Of a stretch of 64,000 bases of DNA, positions 36,201 to 50,900 are shown one piece after another. The notes beneath the pieces were generated by a model, which worked only from the letters and a program-made list of their open reading frames with translations, searched no databases and was not told the origin of the DNA. Location: contig NW_002060945.1 of the NCBI RefSeq assembly GCF_000150275.1, positions 9,130,011 to 9,194,010 of the forward strand. The letters are read 5' to 3'. Both the position numbers and the translations under genes were made by a program. Position 1 is the first letter of the stretch; every line of letters begins with the position of its first letter. Source of the DNA: Trichoplax adhaerens. Lineage: Eukaryota > Animalia > Placozoa.

Positions 36201-39200
36201 CTTAAATTGAGTTGGAATTTCTTCATAGCGAAACTAAAATTGGAGAGCAACAACTCTTCATTTCTATCCGCTAATAAGTAGATATATAGATACTCTACAT
36301 TTGTGTCTTCTGCATAGAAGTCTAGAAATAAATCATGTTAGTAATATATTGTACTGTCGATTGGAATTACGCCTTTTAATAGAAGCTATGATTAATTGCA
36401 GCTGGAGACATTAATTTCAATGAAGATTTAGTGCCAAGATGTAAGCTATATCGGTTTACATTGAAAATAAGTTAGTAATTATTAGTACTAGTATTTCATT
36501 AAATACTTGGGGAGGTAAAAAGTCTATTGAACTGACGGTTTGGAAGAAAAGGATAACAATACAGGTTTAGTTACTTTGCATTACCAGAGTAAGATTAAAT
36601 AGATGCCCAATTAAAGTTATTTTTCTAAACGCAGATATAAATCATATACGAGTCATTATTTGGATTATGTCTTATCCTAGATTAAATACAAGGCCGTCCT
36701 AATTATAGTTGACAGGCATTAGCTTGATTTGACCTTTATGAAATTTTGACATATATTTTCCCAGTCACATTGGAAGTACTATAGATACACGTCGGATTTA
36801 GAGTCTGTGGAGTCTTTTGGATACGAAATTAAACAAGTTTTGCAATAACTTTATCCTATCCAATTTGATTACTCTTCTGCTTATCCAGTTTTGACATTTT
36901 TCTAATTTTAGCTTATCATGATTTAATAGAGTGCTGTCAATAACTATCTACGGTAGAGAATAAAACACCATTTTTTTAATCATATACTCTTTAATGTTAT
37001 AAAAATTACTGTAATATTAAAACTAAAATAAGTATCCGTTATATAATGTACAGATATATACCATTGGTTGTACCTTCTATTACACTCGAAATGTATCCCC
37101 ACAAATAAGTGTCTATCTATAGTTAATTTTTGCTTCACGTTATACGGCGATCATGACAATTTTGTCGTGAAAAAAATTGGTGCTTATATCTGAGAATAGC
37201 ATTAAAATAGAAATAGGCAAAGCAACGGTACGAAATTCAGCTAACAGTCTCTCATCTGTTTTCACACAGATGGTAAGGTAAACAAATTCTGTCGATTAAG
37301 CAACTCTATCACGCTGAATGTTGTAGTACATATTTAAAATACAATGATGATGATGAGGTCAATTCTTTTCTTTCAACATTTGTAATAAATAACGTAATAT
37401 CCTAAGACATAATTGATACGGAATATCAAATAGCGAAAAGAGAACTTTGACCGAAAGGGAATATTTATTATTGATCAACTTGATCGTAAATGATTTATAA
37501 GACTAATTTATTTTTAGAATCTGCAAGCAATTAAATAATTTTAACTCGATACGATTCTTATAACTATCCCGGATATTATTGCCATTTGACTGCTACCGAT
37601 TGCTAAATTATTAATAACGATAGACCGCTGTATATTATAGAGTAAGAGTTTCATACTGTAATTGATGATATGGAAATAGAGTCCTGTCTTTTAAGCCATC
37701 ATTTCATTCTGTACACATACAATAATTAAAATATGATTATAATTAATTCAACTTTAAGGGAAAAGGAGTATTTCCAACATTATAGGATGATGATAAACAT
37801 CAAGAGTTTTTATTTAAATTTATTGTAAGTTTTTTTATGTTTTAATTTCCATACCTCAAGGTCGATTGCTACGGTCTGATTCTTACTATGCATGTGTAGC
37901 GTTTAGCCTTTTGCTTTTATGATAAAAATTTCCACAAAGTTTAAATAGTAACCGTTAGTAGACCAATTTTTGATTCTAATGGTCTTGTCAACTGGACTAT
38001 TCAATCGTGATAACTATCTATCACTACGTTACCCACATGGATCCTCCCCTTTTCAATCTGCCTTGATTTAATAGATATTACCAGAAAAATTGTTCTAATT
38101 AGAAACGTCAGAATCTAGCTAAGAATATATGATATATATATACGCATATGTATTGAATAGAAATTGGATAACAATCATTTTCTATTGGTTGTTAATGACA
38201 GCAAAGGAAAGAAAGCCTTTTACCTTCAAACATAAATGCTATCAATAACATGGCGAGTGTATCGATTTAGTATTACCGCTTGGTAGGATGGAAAATATTG
38301 TATTAATTTTATTTTTAAGCTGCTAGCCAATACGTTGGAATGGCAGTTTATTAAATGAATTATCATTTTGCAATATTTTTTCCTGGTAAGGGAATCATCA
38401 CTTCGGCTACGTACCCACCCCCTCCCCTCTATTCCAGGTATACGCGTACAGTGTTATCGCTGATTTTCTATTTTAAAAGCATCAACAGGATACAAGATCA
38501 TAATTAATCAATACGCATAAGTAGGCATTGTCGTTATTGAAAATCCTTTATATTGCTCATCTTTGACGTCAAGTATGAAAGGAGAAGAAAATTATGTTGA
38601 CAAAGTGACAACATAATCTATTTGTAAAATTATAATTAGAGTCCAGTTTTGTTTAGAACGATCCTATCCATTTCTCTTTACTATAGAGACCATTTAGCGA
38701 CGTAGTATTTATTTAAATCAATAATTATAATCAATCAAACATACAATGAGAATTTTGGGCAACCAAATTATGAGCATAGAAGTTGATGAATTTAAAATAT
38801 TCCATTTCATCGGGTGTTAATACTACACAATCTCGGGTATACCTTGTCATTGTTATATTAAGAATATGTGTATTTGATATTGTAGAAAGGGGATAAAGTA
38901 AAGTAACCGGGATAGTTTTGTCTCGATTTAAGGTTTCACTATTCAAGTACTTAGGAGAAGACACTATAAGCTAGTATTTAATATGGCGTCCAAATAAATA
39001 TTCAATAAAATAGTCGGAGTCAACCCTGAAGATCTATTACATTGGCAGTTTAAGAATTGATTGATGCTTTAAGGATCGATTTGATTTGAACTATGATGTC
39101 TACTTTAAAGGGTCTACTACTGGCTATTTTCTATGCTACCATCGTGCACAATTTAGGTCAGGTTGTATATATATATCCTTCAATGCAGTCAGTGGTAAAG

Positions 39201-42200
39201 ACGTAAAGTACCATCACACGATAGTCAGGCTATATCGAATTCTTCCAACTCTTATGATTCTTTGCTATTTGGCAAGACTGTTACTATGAATAAAATAATT
39301 TGTTTTGAATGTTGATTTCATTCTCAGTCCTATGAAACCTTCTTACTTGTAAAATGTTCGACGCTTCAAGACGAATTTTATCATTGATTTGATTGTAATT
39401 TTGGATTTTTTTTTTTTTCCATCTTTTATTTGTGTATGTCAAGTGGATCCTCGTGGTGTTTGTCTACCAGTTAATGCTGCAAGGAGAAGTTATGGTAGGT
39501 TCAACTATAGTATTGTCGTATTTCATAGCTGTCCTATTACTGTAAAAGCTTTTGGCATGTTTCTATCCCCTTCCTGTCGCCATATTGTTGGAGTCAATAT
39601 GTGAATGGGAGATAGACATATAATACTGTTGTCATTGATATTGCCTTGTGGCATAAAGTGTGGAGAAAAACGTGCTCCATTTCAAGTTACTATTTTTCTG
39701 AATATTATTATTGATGTATAAAGTAATTCATTGCTTGCTATTGAAATTTCTATTTATAATTGATTCCATTGAAGTGGAAGAATTAATTAGACCCGAGATG
39801 AATAACCGTGGTAGTTATGAAGTGTACTTCAGAAATCCAGAATTATATGATTCACAATTAGCTATACGTACATCTTACCAGGATTTGCTTTGGAAATGGT
39901 ACTTAGCTCAACGTCTTAAGCAGCAAGGCTGGCAAGAATATGAGAATATCAATTACCAGGGAGACACTATTAACCCAATGGATGGTCAAGATAGCAATCA
40001 TAAACAATCATCACACTATTTATCCCAAAAGCCAAATTACAATTACGAATTTATACCTGAAACTGTCGATTCATCCAATCATCCAGATGATATGGATAAC
40101 GATGAGAATAACAATTCTAAAATGCCATCTCCTGCTAACACCGATCAAGAGAATCAACCAGGATATGGGCAACCAACCGATCATCCAACTTCTAATCCTA
40201 CCTCGGCAGCCATACAAACTCAAACGCCATCCACTCGGTCTTCTCCGACAGCCACTTCCAGCGTCACCATGGTTCCCAAATCATCATCAGCCAGTCATCC
40301 ATTTCATTCAGGTAACGACAGATGACCTGACATTGACGCCTGACCTGCTCGTCATCACGATAGCGTTTGTAGTGTGATGATATTTTAATGTTGACACGTA
40401 GCAGACAAACACGTCATCCAGCTTCAAGTGAATGACGAGTGGATCAGCTTGGATGTTGGAAGTGATCCTGCTGCCACTCAGTCTCGTTTTCTATCTCCAT
40501 AAAGTCATTCCCTTCATTCAATGGAGTAGAAATAACACACATATTAAACATAATGAACAGTAGGCAGTTATTCAATGGATGCTGTCGTATGCCATAGTAC
40601 AAATAATTCAAAAATCAGCGTCCAAATTATTCAGTCAATTGACTTTTGGGCAATTTTGGTGGGAAAAGTGCTACCGCAGTTCTTATCACTGTTATCAGTA
40701 ATTTGTGTTGTTTTCCATGGTTTGACACCAACTTGAGAGACTTCATACGATTAGGTATTGTACTGGTACTGTGTTGTACTGGTATGGTATTGTACTGGTA
40801 CTGTGTTGTACTGTTACTGTATTGTACGGTACCGTATCGTACTGGTACTGTATCGTACTGGTACTGTATCGTACTAGTACTCCGGTAAATTACCAATCAC
40901 TTCGTCTTGCTCCTTCTCATCATTCCCTTTGAAATTTTATGTAGTAGCAAGGTAGAATCCATTAATTATAGCATGCGATGGTGTTCTATTACTGCAGATA
41001 GAAAGGGTTGAACACAAGTTTTTTGGTTTTCACTTAGCTCCAATTCGATCAGCTTAGGACATTCATGGTCAACGGTAGTCGGATCATGAACTCATCACTT
41101 TCATTATGGTATACTATCCTGTAGTAAATGCACGGTGAAAAATTTCTTTGAGCCGTGATTGAAAGCTCGATGGAAACAACCACGACGATACTACATAGAC
41201 ACTGTACTGTAAATTAGCCTGCAATGGTCGGAAAATTTTTGAAATATTTCCATATCATACTATTAGGATACAGTATTATCATGATATTACCCATACCACT
41301 CATCTAGAATGGCTAATATAAACTGGTTTCATTGAAAAATCATTTTAGGCATATGTACCGGTAGCCACTGGAATGTCTCTAAAAATAATGTACAGTATTT
41401 CAAAAACGGGCCGATAGTCGGCACAGCTTGAATCGACAGAAACGTAAAGAATGTTCGCTATACAATATGCGTTGATTCGATTCCAGTAGTCATCGTGATC
41501 TCATGTAGTCCGCTTTAAATGCGTCTTATCATCATCAATTTCAATTAGGATAACTTATTGAACTTACAACACGTTAATTGCAGAGCTTGATGCAACACTC
41601 GACTTAATTTTGAATTATAAGGCAGTAGAATGAAACTTGAGTCCTATCACTTACGTGAGCGATAATCAAACCTCACTCATGGCAAATGCCAATAATAATC
41701 AATTAAGGTAGGTTAAAGTGTAAAAGTCAGCAATAGTTTTTGAGCACATGGATCAACGCCAATGGGGATAGGTGTTCAGTTCTAGTCGAAGCGAGCACAA
41801 TAAGTAAAGGATCATCACTCTATAACTCTATAAACAATTTTCAATTTTATTTCGTAAAAAATACTCTTATTTTACAATGCCAATATCAAGGTTGATCGGA
41901 TTGATCATGCAGTATATTGGCGATAGAAAACATCATTTCCAATTTTACTACAAATGGAATAATGAGAGATGTTATCGGTTGGTCAGCAGTAGAGCGAGAG
42001 CATTTTAAAATACTGCAAGGAATATAGCAAGTAGACGCATTACTATAGAATAATCATTCCATGCTGTTGCTTAGTCAAAAGTAGAACGAGAGGAATTCAA
42101 ATATACAAGGAATGCAAGTAGACACATAGGAAAGGTGCTAACATGAACTAGGACAGTTATATCATTAAAACTCATCCTGAACGGCAAGTAGTTGTCAAAA

Positions 42201-45200
42201 GAATTGACCATTCTACTATACTCTATTCTCCAATAAATGAACGATAATAATCTTGAATCTTCAAATAGACAGTTGCTTACAAGGGCTTCAATGAAATGAC
42301 AGAATCCAGTCAACTTAAACAACTTCATATACATACTACAGCACACAAATCATATTAATTTCCAATTCTGATTGCAGAATATAGTAGTACACTAAGCGTA
42401 AAACCTATCAAATTCCATCACTAGTTTCTTATGCTTGTTGAATACTTAATAAACACCTTAGTTCTATATTTTTACTTTATTCATTATCACCATTATCCTA
42501 CAGTAACATCAAATGATGTCGTTACAATCAAGATTAAAAGCGAAATCAATCCCAAAGTAATTGAAAATAATATTGTCTCACTCGAAAATTATTTACACCT
42601 GCGCCATGGTACATTCTCCAATGTAACGTAAGTTTTGAAACCTACAAAAAAATAAAAAATGTACATCAGGCATACCGTAAAGTATCCCAATCAAATTATA
42701 AAGTCACATTACACTCGTTGATGTTGAATGAACTAGAAAATAAATTGCTAACAACTTAATGATTGCTTTTCAAGGATCAATGGCAATAATCTATCTTTCA
42801 CAGTTAATCCAAATATAAGAAACGTGACAGCTACCATCGTGTTAGATGCTATTTGTAAGTCTTTCCATTAACTGTATCTTTGTAATCAAAAGTAACTCTG
42901 CATGTTGATTGTCACTTTTGAACACGAAAATAGTTCATCCTTTATCACTGTAATATGCATTACATTATTATAGCAATAGCCAAATATGTATGTGTAAATT
43001 AGTTATAAACGAGTAGTATCAAACAAGTGTTGTCAATTACATCATTAAAAATACCATAATATAGTAATAAATTCATTCATTCATTTATGATGCACCCATA
43101 TAACATCAATTGATTAACTTAGATCATGGAAATTCTCCATTTAAAGCCATAATGGAACATTCGACAGAAACGCCGGTAATTCTACCCTGATTTAATTTAA
43201 TATGATACATCAGTTGAAATTTGTTTGTATACCTAGGAAGAGGAGTAGTAGAAAAACTATGCTGATATATCGGATTAATGCGTTTCTAGATTGATGATGA
43301 AGACAACGATGAATTGCATATAACGCTTTTGATATGGATCATGGTTGCTGTATTGGTTATTACAGCTCTAGTTAGCTTATTTGTATTCGTATTTAAGAAA
43401 GGGTAAGTTGCTGTACTTGATGTAAATTTGAAGCACTGCATCGAACGCGTCGAAGAAATCACTTAATCAATACTATCGCACTTTATCAATCTCTTTACTT
43501 TAAAATGGGATTGTTCATAATAAACGTCCATGTCTATGATAGTAAACCTGATAATAAAGAAGATATGGTTGGATTGCTTGCATCTGAATCTGATATCACA
43601 GATTACGAAGTAAGGGCTCAATGAATTATGTAAAATGGCATTTATACTGTATTATCTGTCATTTTGTATTCACTTGGATTAATTTGCTTTATTTGCATTA
43701 AAGTTCCTTTAAATACATCTCTCAATTAGGATTTATGTCGCCAACATGTAGCATCAAAGAAATCTGAAATGGTTGATGGTGCATCTGGTAAAATTATTAC
43801 TATTGGTGATGCTGAGCAAGTAACAGAAGGCCTAGATTCTGTTGCTACTAGCTGGTATGTGAAAATTGACAGCTAAGTTTTGAATAGCTGCATACTACAT
43901 ACCTATACCTTCATCAATAATACTTGTTGATATTTTATAGGAGCCATGAACCAGTTACGGCAGATATGGATATATCAACTTGCCACGTTGTTTTAGTAAG
44001 TAAACAAATATCATTAATGCTTGTTTATTTATTATATGAAACTATAGCCTATGAATATGGTATTAAGTAATGGAAAGTGATTCTGTATGTGAATAAAGTT
44101 ATTCGTATTCTATTGTAGTCCTACATGGAAGATCATTTGAAAAATAAAGACCGCCTCATGAAAGAATGGGAGGTTTGTTATGACATTTGATTAGAGGCTT
44201 GTAATATTTCAAGTAATATTATAGTTATCAATGTGGATTTTAGTTTTTATGAAGGGATATATGAAGATATAAACTAGTATAATACATATTTAAGAATATG
44301 GTATATTTGAATACATTTGAATATTTATAACTTGAACTATGATTCAGGCTTTGCTAAGGTACAAAGTTGATCGCAGTAGTGGTTTGGTTGCTTCAAGAGC
44401 CGTTAATATTCGATTAAACAGATACAGCGATACCTTTCCATGTAAGTTCACGAATGATATTGGCGCCATATCATTCGAAATTATATTCAGCCTCTATCTA
44501 CATTAAGTATTCATCTACTTTCCGCAGATGATCATAATCGCGTCGTTCTAACTACCAGTCCAACCAATGATAACGACTACATTAATGCAAGCTACATTGT
44601 AAGCAATCATTGTCACAAAATATCACGTTCTTGATTTTGTAAGTACGAATGTACGATGGCGTAGTAACTGCTGATAATATTTATTGAATAATATATTTCA
44701 ATTAGTACGATCATAATCCAAGAAACCCAATGTACATAGCAACACAAGGGCCAATTCCAAATACTAAGGCTCACTTTTGGCAGGTTATTGAAAATAATTT
44801 TTGACGAATCAAAACTTAACTTGGCTTGAAAGAAAAAAATTAAGTAAAATTATTAGCACTTACTGAGAATTTGTAACCGTTACGTATTACTATAGATGGT
44901 TTGGGAGCAAAAAATTGCCACTGTTGTGATGTTAGCCCGATTAAAAGAAAATGATGTGGTAAATTAACGTAATTGATACCAAAAAAATGAAATCTTTATT
45001 TAACTGATACCAAATGATAGAGATTTCCCCTAGTTATTATTGGTTTTATCACATAATTTATATATTTTTATTCGTCCTTTATTAGGCTGTTTGCGCTCTA
45101 TATTGGCCAGAAAAGAAAGGAAAGGAGTGTTACGGTGACTTTGAGGTATATTAGCATAGGGTATATCCAAAAAAGTAAAATCTGTATCTAAATCTTGGAA

Positions 45201-46301
45201 TTTACTCTCGTTAAGGTTACTCTGGTTTCGGAGCATAATTGGTGTGATGATTATGTTGTTAGAAACTTCTATTTAAGAAATATAAAGGTAAGTAAAGCAA
45301 TATTCATGTTATATTTTATGTTATGGATATAATAAAGTGCGTTAAAGACAATGTACACGTTGTAGTATTCAGTAAAGAACATCTAACTAAAACTATTAAA
45401 AATTATGATACTTTCCTGTTTTACCCAATTAATAGAATCAAGAAACGCGTACAGTAACACAATTTCAGTATCTTTCGTGGCCTGATATGGGAATTCCTAA
45501 AGATACAAAAAATTTTTTAGAATTCCGCAGGTAAATTCTTGGTAACTTCTGTTTTATTCAATTATTTACTAGATATATCTGCAGTACATACTTTATTATT
45601 TTACCTAATATAAATAATGTTTGTCTACTGCTAAGTGCTTCTTACGCTTTATTTTAACTACTGATAATTATTCTACACAGGAAAATAAACAGATCGTACC
45701 ATGGTCAAGGTTGTCCAGTTATTATTCATTGCAAGTAAGTTATTTAGAATGTAGTCACTCTTAATGTTGGAGATATTACTTTTGTAGTAACCAAAATAAA
45801 CTAACATAAAAAATGGATTTTTCAACTTTGCAATGGATTGATTCTGTAGCGACGGAGCTGGGCGTGCTGGAACTTATATTCTAATTGATATGACATTAAA
45901 AAGATTATCTAAAGGTAGCTACGATCAAAACTAACTGCAAGCTATAACCTATTTCTATTATACAGATTTGTAATTAATGGATTTTATTAACGATGAGTGT
46001 GATTTAACATCTTTCTTAGGAACTAAAGAGATTGATATTGCAGCCACTATCGAACATCTAAGAGATCAGCGTATTTCAATGGTAAAAACCAAGGTCAGAC
46101 TACATCTTCATATAACCTCGAAAATGTATCATGATGTTTGTTCAATCAAATTCTAGTACTGTATTTAAACTATTGTTGCCCTTAAATGCACTACGCTAAT
46201 AATTACTTTTATTGGATATAAATATACAATAGGTCCAGTTTGAATTTGCGCTATCATCGATTGCAGAAGAAGTCAATGATATTCTTAATGCCTTGAAGTA
46301 A
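33236..46301 (+). CDS. PTPRN: Receptor-type tyrosine phosphatase N / IA-2-phogrin family, multi-exon
   Basis: Exon 33236-33332 is a signal peptide ([23 protein letters not shown]). Exons 33945-33995 and 39444-39494 give [24 protein letters not shown], the same C-x6-C-x5-C-x8-C spacing as the IA-2 N-terminus. Exon 39775-40311 is luminal, ectodomain exons start at 42504, and the TM exon is near 43290 ([23 protein letters not shown]). Then [77 protein letters not shown] and [14 protein letters not shown]. Stop TAA 46299-46301. Confidence 0.92.
40756..40882. repeat. Simple repeat of GTACT/GTACTG(T) units in a PTPRN intron
   Basis: tattgtactggtactgtgttgtactggt...gtactggtactgtatcgtactggtactgtatcgtactagtact. 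Confidence 0.9.
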
Positions 46302-47811
46302 TGTGGCCCAATTATTCTATCATGATTTAACTGTAACTTGGGTCGTGTTCCATATAGTTATAGTTGTATTCATAACTGATTGCGGAGTACTACACTTGAG
46401 ATTTGTATCGAAAAGTTCAGTATCTATGCCTATTAGTAATATATAAATCATAAAATTATTAATGCACTTTTATTAGCGAAACAAATTCAATGAATAGATT
46501 ACAATTTTGATAACAAGTATAAAATGAGCCTTGTTATCGTGTATTTTAAAAATTATTACCGCAATTAATAACCCTTCATTCGTTGCTCCTATCAAGTTAA
46601 TTATTCATTAATTATCAATACCATTATAGAATTCAAATCCATGTTAGCATTACTTAGATGTGTCGTTCAGACAGAATCATCTAAATTTTTCGTCAATATA
46701 AGGTTAACCTCATTGGTTAAAATATATTCGAATTTGTTTAATCTATGTTACTGTAGCTACTTTTACACGAAAATGTAGCTATTATCATGAAATTTGCTCT
46801 AATGCGATATGATAAATAGTACGAGGCAAAATCTTATTCATGCTATTATATAGAATTATGTTAGCTCGCTATCTATCCTGCTGATTAAAAATTCAAATCT
46901 ATTCTGAAATGATATCTAAATAGATTAATATAGCGAAATATTATTTATTAGAATCGTAATTGTTACCGAAAATTAGGAACAAACATGACTACTGCCGTAG
47001 TTGCTAGTTTACTATTACTGAATGTTATTAACGTAACATAACTTAGCTATTCTATAAAAAATGTCCTTAAAAATATAAATAATAACAATGAATGAGACTA
47101 TAGAGGGTATAGTTGTAAGAAATAAAAAATCTGCAACTGCGTGCAAAGCTAATGCTCTTGTCTAAATTTGTCGTTTCAAAATTTCTTAAGCACGATTATT
47201 CACCAGTGGTTTGACCGGAAGTTTCTAAAAATGATTACTTATAAATTGCAGTATTGGTCATTTTTACATGAAAGTTGAAGTTAAATAATCACCGTACAAT
47301 TGGCGCTTGGCGATCAAGAGACCTACTAGTTCCAGATATAAGTTACTAAAGCGTGCAATACAGTATTCGGTAGGAGTCTAACTTTATCCGTATTCATATT
47401 TCTACAGTAGATCTCGTAATCGTTGCTCACCCACCCTTTTGAGTAAAACACTAATGCTACGCGAATTGCCAGTCAGTCAAGTGTCAATTTCAGATATTTC
47501 ATTATAATCAATATTCCTGGAGGATTTTAAGTTGTGGTGATTTCAGCAACAGTAGTAATGTGTTCTATCGGGCTCAAGTCCCTTCAAATTTTCGGAGTTA
47601 GCGAGTTGCAACCTTAAGAGTGAAAACTAAAACCCATTGCCTATCAATGTCAACCCTTGACGCAATGTCGATTTCAGCTATTACTCAATTGCATGTTCCC
47701 TTTTTCATGATTGATTTTAAACTATAAAATGTTTCATTCATTTAAACTTGCAAGTTGCAGCCATCTCTGATCGCGACCGCCGTCCATTGGACTGGTTCAG
47801 GGCACACTTCA

Positions 47812-47878
47812 CAGTGTACAGTATACAGTACTGTAGCTCAATGTACAGTACACTGTACTGTAAGTCACAGTACTGTAC
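47812..47878 (+). promoter_or_regulatory. Putative WDR12 promoter (TACAGTACTGTA cluster in a GC-richer patch)
   Basis: cagtgtacagtatacagtactgtag..tgtacagtacactgtactgta..cacagtactgtac, ~120-180 bp upstream of ATG 47996. Confidence 0.5.
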
Positions 47879-47995
47879 CAGCCGCAGCCCAGCACGCTGA
47901 CGGCCAGATCTCAGCTCTGCTGTCTTGGAGATTTCAGCACCAGGTGAACGATTTTTTGAGAAGAATTTTTGTCCAATTGATCCAATTTTCAAGGA

Positions 47996-50900
47996 ATGGA
48001 ATTGGAAAATGATAAAACTTCTAGCAAGCAGCTGCAGATCCGACTTGTAGCTTTAAACAAACGGTATGCGAACTACGTATCATAGGTAACAATATCCAAT
48101 AAAATTCCTCTATCTAGCTGTGAAACATCATGATGCTTTTCGTCATCAGCTCAGCACCTTGTAGTACTACTGTATAGTGTAGTATGCTTCATTGCAATTC
48201 AGGATACATACTGTTTTACGTTATATCTTAGAAGAATAGTCGGTAGTTGTTGGCCAAACTATCTAGTATCTTGCAAGTCTACCATCAAATCATAGCTATG
48301 TATTATGTTGTTTTAGCTTTGATACATCAGGGAATCTATTATCTCTACCAAGCCGGTTTGGATGCGACGAACTGAGTGAAACGGTCCACACCTTGTTATC
48401 TGCAAGTAAGTTTATACTAGCAGTTCCTTCATGATTCATTTATTGACAGTGAAGTAAATAACTTACTATTCAATAGTATAACTCATATTGTAGTTGTAGT
48501 AAAGGCTGCATACTCATGCTGTAATAGCATTAGTAACTATTATTTAAAATTACAATTCGTTCTCGTATCAATACGGTCCTAAATTCGTTGGATATAAGTA
48601 ATGTGCATTTGGAATAAACTATAGACTATTCCATCAGTGGTAAACTAACGGTATACATTTCTAATTTTTCTTATCAGATGACATCGAGATACCTGCAAGT
48701 GTTCAATTTGATTTTGCAATCAATAATGATCTATTAAGAGATTCACTCGAAGGATATGTTACATCTAAGAATCTATCCACGGTGAATTGATACAGTAGTC
48801 AAAATTATGATAAAACTTTATTCATAAATGGTCATTAATTTAACGGTAATTGTATATACATGTAACCGGATGCAAATGAAATGTAGCATTAGTGCTACGT
48901 AAGCAAGAGAGTATTAATCACTGCTAATCTGAATGCAATGCAGTTTGTGCATATTGCTATAAATGGATTAATCTATGAGTGGGCCAAATCGTGCCAGAAA
49001 TTTATTCTTCTTTTAACATGTTGTAAATATGACCCATAGGAAAGTGTTATTGAAGTTGTCTACTTTCAAAAAGAACCTCCGCCAGATTTTTTAAATACTA
49101 TCCTCCATAGCGACTGGATTAAAAGCGTCAGAAGTAAAGATGATTGGTAAGTCTGCGATAATTTTAAATAAAACTTTTTTCTACACAAAAGAAATGGAAC
49201 AGTTTGTCGTATGGCAACAATTGCTGACTACGAGGAATTTTTATTTGATCTTAAAGTTGTAGACGATAAAAACGGATAAATTTTCTTAGGAATAGTATAA
49301 ACAATTATGATACATCCGCTGTCAATTGTTATTGTTTCTATTAGCAAAATTATTGTAATGCAGAAAAATTTCTTAAACTTATAAGTATATGGTCATAATG
49401 CTTAACAAAGGTCACTTCTTAATTTTAAATAACATTGCTTTATAATCAGTATTCTAGCTGGCTCCCTAGATGGTACAGCTAGAATTTGGAATATGGCAGG
49501 TACCAAACTGACCTTATAATTATATACTGTATTAGTAAAGGGTCTCTACCTCATAAACTTTCATATCAAGCCCAGTCTGCCTCTAAAAATTGTCCGCATC
49601 TTTGATATAATCACATTTTTGTACGATATATTATAAAGGTGAAGAATATGCTATATTTAAAGGCCATGAATCTTATGTTAATGGTGTTGAATGGATCTCT
49701 AAAGGTAGCAAAACCTATCTCTCAATTATCTTATTCTCTACCGGAAATGTATCATTTGTTGCTTTGGATTTACCCTAAGGTTTGTTATTTAGATAATAAT
49801 CATGCCACCATAGTGACGGCTTCGCAAGATGGCACCCTACGTTTATGGGAGGTATGAGAACTCACGATGTGCTAGAAATTATGATCAGTATTTTGTTGCT
49901 TTAAATTATTATCTACACTAAAATGATAAAATTGTTATCACCATTTAGTGGGCAATAGGAACTAAATCCGTGGAGTGTTTGTGTGAATGCAAAGGTCATA
50001 CACAAGCTGTCAATGCGGTTACTGTTAATCAATCGAAAACAAAGGTTTGCAAATCAATGTTTTCTCATTTCGAAAGTTAACCGATGGTAAATGGTAGTAA
50101 TGTTCTATATTTATTCAGATATGTAGCGTATCTTCAGATAAAATGATCAAAATTTGGTCAACAGGTTGGTACAGCAATGTGTAGTGAATTTATTTTATCC
50201 TGATATCTGAGAAGACTGTAATGCTATCGTTGTATTTTAAATTTGAAGATTGTTCCCGGAAAGATGACGACACAACACACCCAATACATAAAAAGATGAA
50301 AACAAATCAAGGTCTACAGAAAGCTGTCGATAAGGTACATGACATCGTATAATTTATCATGTCTCTTAAATTTTATTTGTTTTAAATCACTATACTGATG
50401 ATTTATTTTAATTGAAGCTCCCCGACATCACTCTTTCGGGGCATACTGATGGTATTGATGCTGTAGTTTGGCCGAAAGAAGCTGAAATTATTACTGCTGG
50501 ATGGGATCATCGAATCAAAATATGGGATACTGAAGTCGGCGTCAACAAATCCGATATTAATGTAAATAAAGTAGTTAAAGGTATTACATGTTCACCATTT
50601 CAGGACCTCATAGCTGCCGGAAGCTTCGACGAAGGAATAATTAGACTATATGATCCTCGAGTAGTTGGTAAATATCTGATTTGAAGCTTACATTAAATAA
50701 TTATGGTACCTCAAGGTCTGTTGACACTATTTAATAGATCAAACGGTCCTGAAGCTGACTTTAAAGTCCCATAAAAATATCGTTAGTTCACTTTGTTGGT
50801 CGACAACTGATGAACAACAGTTGGTATCTGGATCTTTTGATAACACTGTTAAGCTTTGGGACATTAGATGGTACTGTAATTACCGTATCGAACGATAATG

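Noticed and set aside
26000-39400. Hidden homeobox or neuropeptide-precursor gene in the ORF-poor stretch
   Set aside because: I found no WFQNRR-type motif and no repeated dibasic or amidation cassettes by eye. Part of the gap is PTPRN 5' exons and a long intron. A translated HMM search would be decisive.
39711-40377. 204-aa and 145-aa ORFs as independent or overprinted genes
   Set aside because: The 204-aa frame is PTPRN exon 39775-40311. The alternative frame has no recognisable features and is expected from a low-complexity exon.
40627-40896. Overlapping Cys/Tyr/Val-rich and Thr/Gln-rich ORFs
   Set aside because: Translation by-products of the GTACT simple repeat in a PTPRN intron.
47738-48012. 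Two opposed ~85-aa ORFs before WDR12
   Set aside because: They span the motif-rich promoter; WDR12 begins at ATG 47996 in another frame.
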